64,000 bases of DNA. Source: Camelus dromedarius (Eukaryota). Below the pieces are notes generated by a model. The model saw only the letters and a list, made by a program, of their open reading frames with translations. It was not told where the DNA came from and did not search any database. The stretch is taken from contig NC_087438.1 in the NCBI RefSeq assembly GCF_036321535.1, forward strand, positions 2,482,001-2,546,000. The letters are read 5' to 3'. Below are positions 60,229-64,000 of the stretch, one piece after another (the stretch's first letter is position 1; every line of letters starts with the position of its first letter). The translations under genes were made by a program, and so were the position numbers.

Positions 60229-62787
60229 ATCATCATTTATTTTTTTCCCTAATTTCTGAATTACAGGATGGCATTTGTAGCCCACTCTCCTGAATATTTC
60301 TAAGGTTAATCATCATAATAAACCAGATGCCTAGAAAAAAGATAAACTTAGATAAGAACTGGAAACCATATATACGAAGAGGTCATCCCCTTCCGTGACC
60401 TTCCATGAGAAATCTCAACACTCACACAGGGTGGGAACCGCTGTGGACTCAGCATCGCATCAGTCACGCAAAAGTTGTTGCTACTGATAATTTGTTTCTT
60501 TGTGTTACCAGGGCGGTGGTAACTTTTTTTAAATAACTTTTTTTTAAACTTTTTTTAAAAAAGGAAATTTCAACTATATATTAAAAGTTTTAGAAGTTTG
60601 TTTGATACCTGATCACTTACGTGGCGTAGTGTAATAAATCTTTATCTCATTGGCTTCAGGACAGATACGACTTGGAGGTGTCTCAGCAAGATGGATACAA
60701 AACATGATGCAAACAAGAAAATGTACCTGAAGCCACGCAGTGTCGAAGGAGCAAGGCTTGGTTCACTCGTGTGTGAAAACGTGCTAACTTCCCTGGGACG
60801 ACGTGGCCCATTGCCTAGCCGGGGGATAGCACTCGAATATCTAAAACTTCACCTCTCTCGCAGAGGGCTGTGGACCAGCCTCAGATATGTGGATAATGCC
60901 ACTTGTAACAGTAAGTCAGTACTGGAACAGAAATCTTTTTTAATCCGATTATTTTTTTAAATTTATTTTAAGGCCCATTCCAAGTCTTTCGCTGGGAATG
61001 CTGGGCTGCTGGGCGTGCTTTGTTTTCAATGTAAACAAGCAAAGCTGGAAACCCGAGGAAGCCTCTCCTCGAAATAGTTCATTGTTTCCCGGTGACGTAA
61101 ACAGTTGCTGACTGGCTGCAGTGGAGGATCCCAGGTCAGGGCCCCAGGAAGTGTCCCGACACCTCCCAGCTTCAGCCAGGAGCCCTGACCTCCTGTCCTG
61201 GAGCCTCTGTCGTCAGTCGTGTCCCCTCTGCATTGAAGTAAACACTCCATCCACTCCTTGGACAGAGCCAGGGAACTGAAAACTGAGCAAGACAGGTGGC
61301 GGCGGCGGAAAGCAAGTGCAGGAACATCGCAAAACCAGGGCTCAGCTCTCAGCCCAGACCCGGGACCCCCTTGTCCAGCCACCACGTTCTAGTCCCCACG
61401 TGACAAGAGTGTCTACGAAGAGACATTTTACTCCAAATCAAATCTCTAGGTGAGAGAACTGGCAATTCAAAATCCAAAAGTCTCCAGCCGGAGCTGAATA
61501 GCCGGTGCCTCCCGCACGGGAGCTGCACGCGCAGAGCGCGTCGGCGCGTCTCGTCGCCGGGCTGACTCAGCAGCCCCCCCGCCCCCCGTGTCCGTGTGCA
61601 GGGTCACGGCCGCCACCTCCGCAGCCTGCCAGCGCTGGGGAGCCCCGCCTGCACACGCACCACCCTTAGATTTTTACCCAAGTGTCTCCTCGCCCTGATT
61701 TTGTGCTTAATTATCCAGCCTGAGTGGGCTCATCCCTGCACTCAATCAAAATGTTCCATCAAACGCAGAGGGTGTCTGCAGTGGGTAGAATATATCCATT
61801 GAAAAGTGAGTTTAAAAAAAGCTTTTCTGGGCCCGCAGCTAGATGGTGTGGCTGGGGGCGGGCTGTGCGGTCAGCTCTCGGTCCGGGGGCAGTTCGTAGG
61901 CCAAGTTCACCCGCAGAATCACCGCCCTTGAAAGACGCCAGCACAGTCAGGTTCACGGCCACAGCAAACTGCCTGCCTGAGCTGAGCTGGAGGGCTCAGG
62001 GGAACAGGGTGCCAGTCACAGGGTGCGGGACTAAGATGCCTCGTTGGGACAGCCCCCAGCTAGGTCCGCCTCTTCCAGAAATTTCTCCTGGGGCGTCGAC
62101 ATTTTCTGCAGAATCAAGACACAATCACAGCAGGCTGAAAAGATGTGTCAGGTCCAATTCCAACAGGCTGAGCCACAGAGTCGAAGCCAGAAAACATAAA
62201 GGGTGCCGAGGCCTCGGGACAATCCAATTGACCTCTTTTGGGGGGTTTCCCCACGTCTCTGCCCCTGCCCAGAGGGACCTCCACAGCCCGGATATCCCAG
62301 GGTCCCTGAAAGAGAGGACTGCCTCGGGGGTCTGCCCGGGGCGCTTCTGGGCACTGTGGATGGGGAAGGAGATGTTTCTGCAGAAGGCTGCAGGAAGAGC
62401 CGGGGTTTAAACTTGCATTAAACACTCTCTATAGTCCAGCCACCGCGGGACTGCCAGCGGCCCGGCGGCATCTGTGATAAAGACCTCACAGTGCTCATGA
62501 AAAAGACAGACATCTCATAATGGCAGTGCAAGCTTTATTCAAACTGTTATTTAAAAGGTGGGGAGGGGGCCACCAGGAAGAGATGGGAGATGGTCCCACA
62601 GGGCAGGAGAGGAGGAGGAAGCTCCCCAAAAGAGGCTCTAAGGAGAGGGACTTTGCCCCGTGTTGGCTGTTTCTTACAACCACAAAGGAGACAACGTCTG
62701 CTCTGATCTGGTTCCTGTGGGGACATAGGTGGGTGGGCGTAAGCTGCATCTTCTCACTGAACCTTCCAGAAGGGTCTGGGTGGGGGG

Positions 62788-63194
62788 TGTGGCTAGGTTC
62801 TCCAGATGAGCAGACCCAAGCAGGAGCCGACAACCCTGCAGAAAGTGTGAGACAGCCTGAACTCACGAGGTGATGGGAGGGAGGCCTGAGTCGCTGGCAG
62901 GAGACCCCAGGAGCCCCTGGCGGTTCTAGTCCGGGGGCGGGAAGGGACCAGCATCTCAGCTCCAAGGCCATCAGGCCAGCAGAGCGTCCTCTCAACCGAG
63001 GGAGGGGGTGCCTTTTTGTTGTGTTCTGTCCTTTAAGGGATTGGACAAGACCCAACCACACTGGGAGGTCAACCTGCTGACTCAGTTCACCCATTCAAAG
63101 CCACTGTCATCTGGAAACACCCAGAATCAGATCTGACCACACTTCTGGGCCCCCCCATGGCCCAGTCAGGTTGACCCATAAATCCACCTTTGCA
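62788..63194 (-). mobile_element. ERVL solo LTR (MLT2-like)
   Basis: ggttctccaga...gattggacaagacccaaccacactggg...catctggaaacacccaga...ggcccagtcaggttgacccataaa. TG...CA termini with a GGGGG 5-bp TSD (62783-62787, 63195-63199). Confidence 0.9.
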
Positions 63195-64000
63195 GGGGGC
63201 AAAGCGCGGTGGAGAGGTCTTGCCGGGACGTGGTGCTCCAGAATGTTCCTCCACACATGTCTGCACTTCAGAGAGACCTTAGTGAGCTGGGGGTGGGGCC
63301 TCCACGTGGGGCTCGGAGGGGAGAAGGGAGGACCCACCCCGAGCCTGCGGCAGGAGCCCAGGTGGGGCCGTCCCTGGGTGAGGACGCTGGCCAGTTTATG
63401 GCTTAGGGCTCTGATCTAAGGATTCAAGCAACACTTTTCTTTCAGAATTAAATTTAAAAAAAAAGAAAAGAAAAGAAAGAAGGAAACAGAGCTGGGCCTT
63501 GCTGCCCCCCCCCCCCGAGTGCAGAAGCCCCCCAGTGACCCACCTGCCTCCTTGTTCGAGGGGAAAGGCTTAGTCGCCTAGGACTTTCTTGGTTCCAAAG
63601 AGTGGACTCAGCCAGTCAGTGATTAGGGAAGTGAGGGGCCGCAGGGACAGAGGGGCAGCCGTCAGGGCGCAGCAGCTGGGTTCTAGCAGGCACTTGGGTT
63701 TGAAACCCTCCCACAATGAACGTGCAGAAAATGAGAAATTGTAGTAAACCCTATTTCCTCCTTTGACTTTGGTGCCAGAGAAACGTAGACTTAAATGCAC
63801 TGTAGCTAAATTACAACAGGTATTCTTGATAATAATTTTCTCTCTTCCTGGATTTTATAACCATTTTAAAATTTCCATTTAAAAATCTTATAATAGGTTT
63901 CTCTCTCCCTCTCTTTTTCTTTTGCAAATACCAAATCAGTCCTTTGAAGGAAATGAGAATACAAATCACAAAAACTTCCAATATGTTTATATATGTCTCC

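Noticed and set aside
61724..63094. 228-aa and 199-aa ORFs
   Set aside because: No recognisable family; the second overlaps the MLT2 LTR.
1..64000. Assignment to a named gene or locus, or to a novel multi-gene system
   Set aside because: No exon or RNA gene I can recognise; locus identity needs a BLASTN of the unique blocks, for example 7660-8420, against annotated genomes.

Overview
This is mammalian nuclear DNA, most likely from a camelid. That call is an inference from two tRNA-derived SINEs of the GGGGAGGGTRYAGCTCA...GGTTCAA type and from young L1 3' ends. The window is GC-rich and looks intergenic or deep intronic. I recognise no cellular protein-coding exon, rRNA, tRNA or CRISPR. The only ORFs with a recognisable product are decayed LINE-1 ORF2 C-termini, and the longest ORFs are read-throughs of microsatellites or GC-rich DNA. 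The content is old and young L1 fragments, L2 and MIR relics, MaLR/ERVL/ERV1 solo LTRs (several with visible target-site duplications, TSDs), hAT-Charlie MER elements, micro- and minisatellites, CpG-rich patches, and repeat-free blocks dense in transcription-factor motifs that look like distal regulatory elements. I did not find a new biological system I can support. The best leads are a solo ERV1-type LTR with octamer and TATA-like motifs, a CpG island fused to a ~470 bp complex CA repeat, GATA and PBX-HOX/MEIS motif clusters, and GC-shifted ancient repeats. Repeat subfamily names come from remembered consensus sequences, and boundaries are approximate unless TSDs are quoted.
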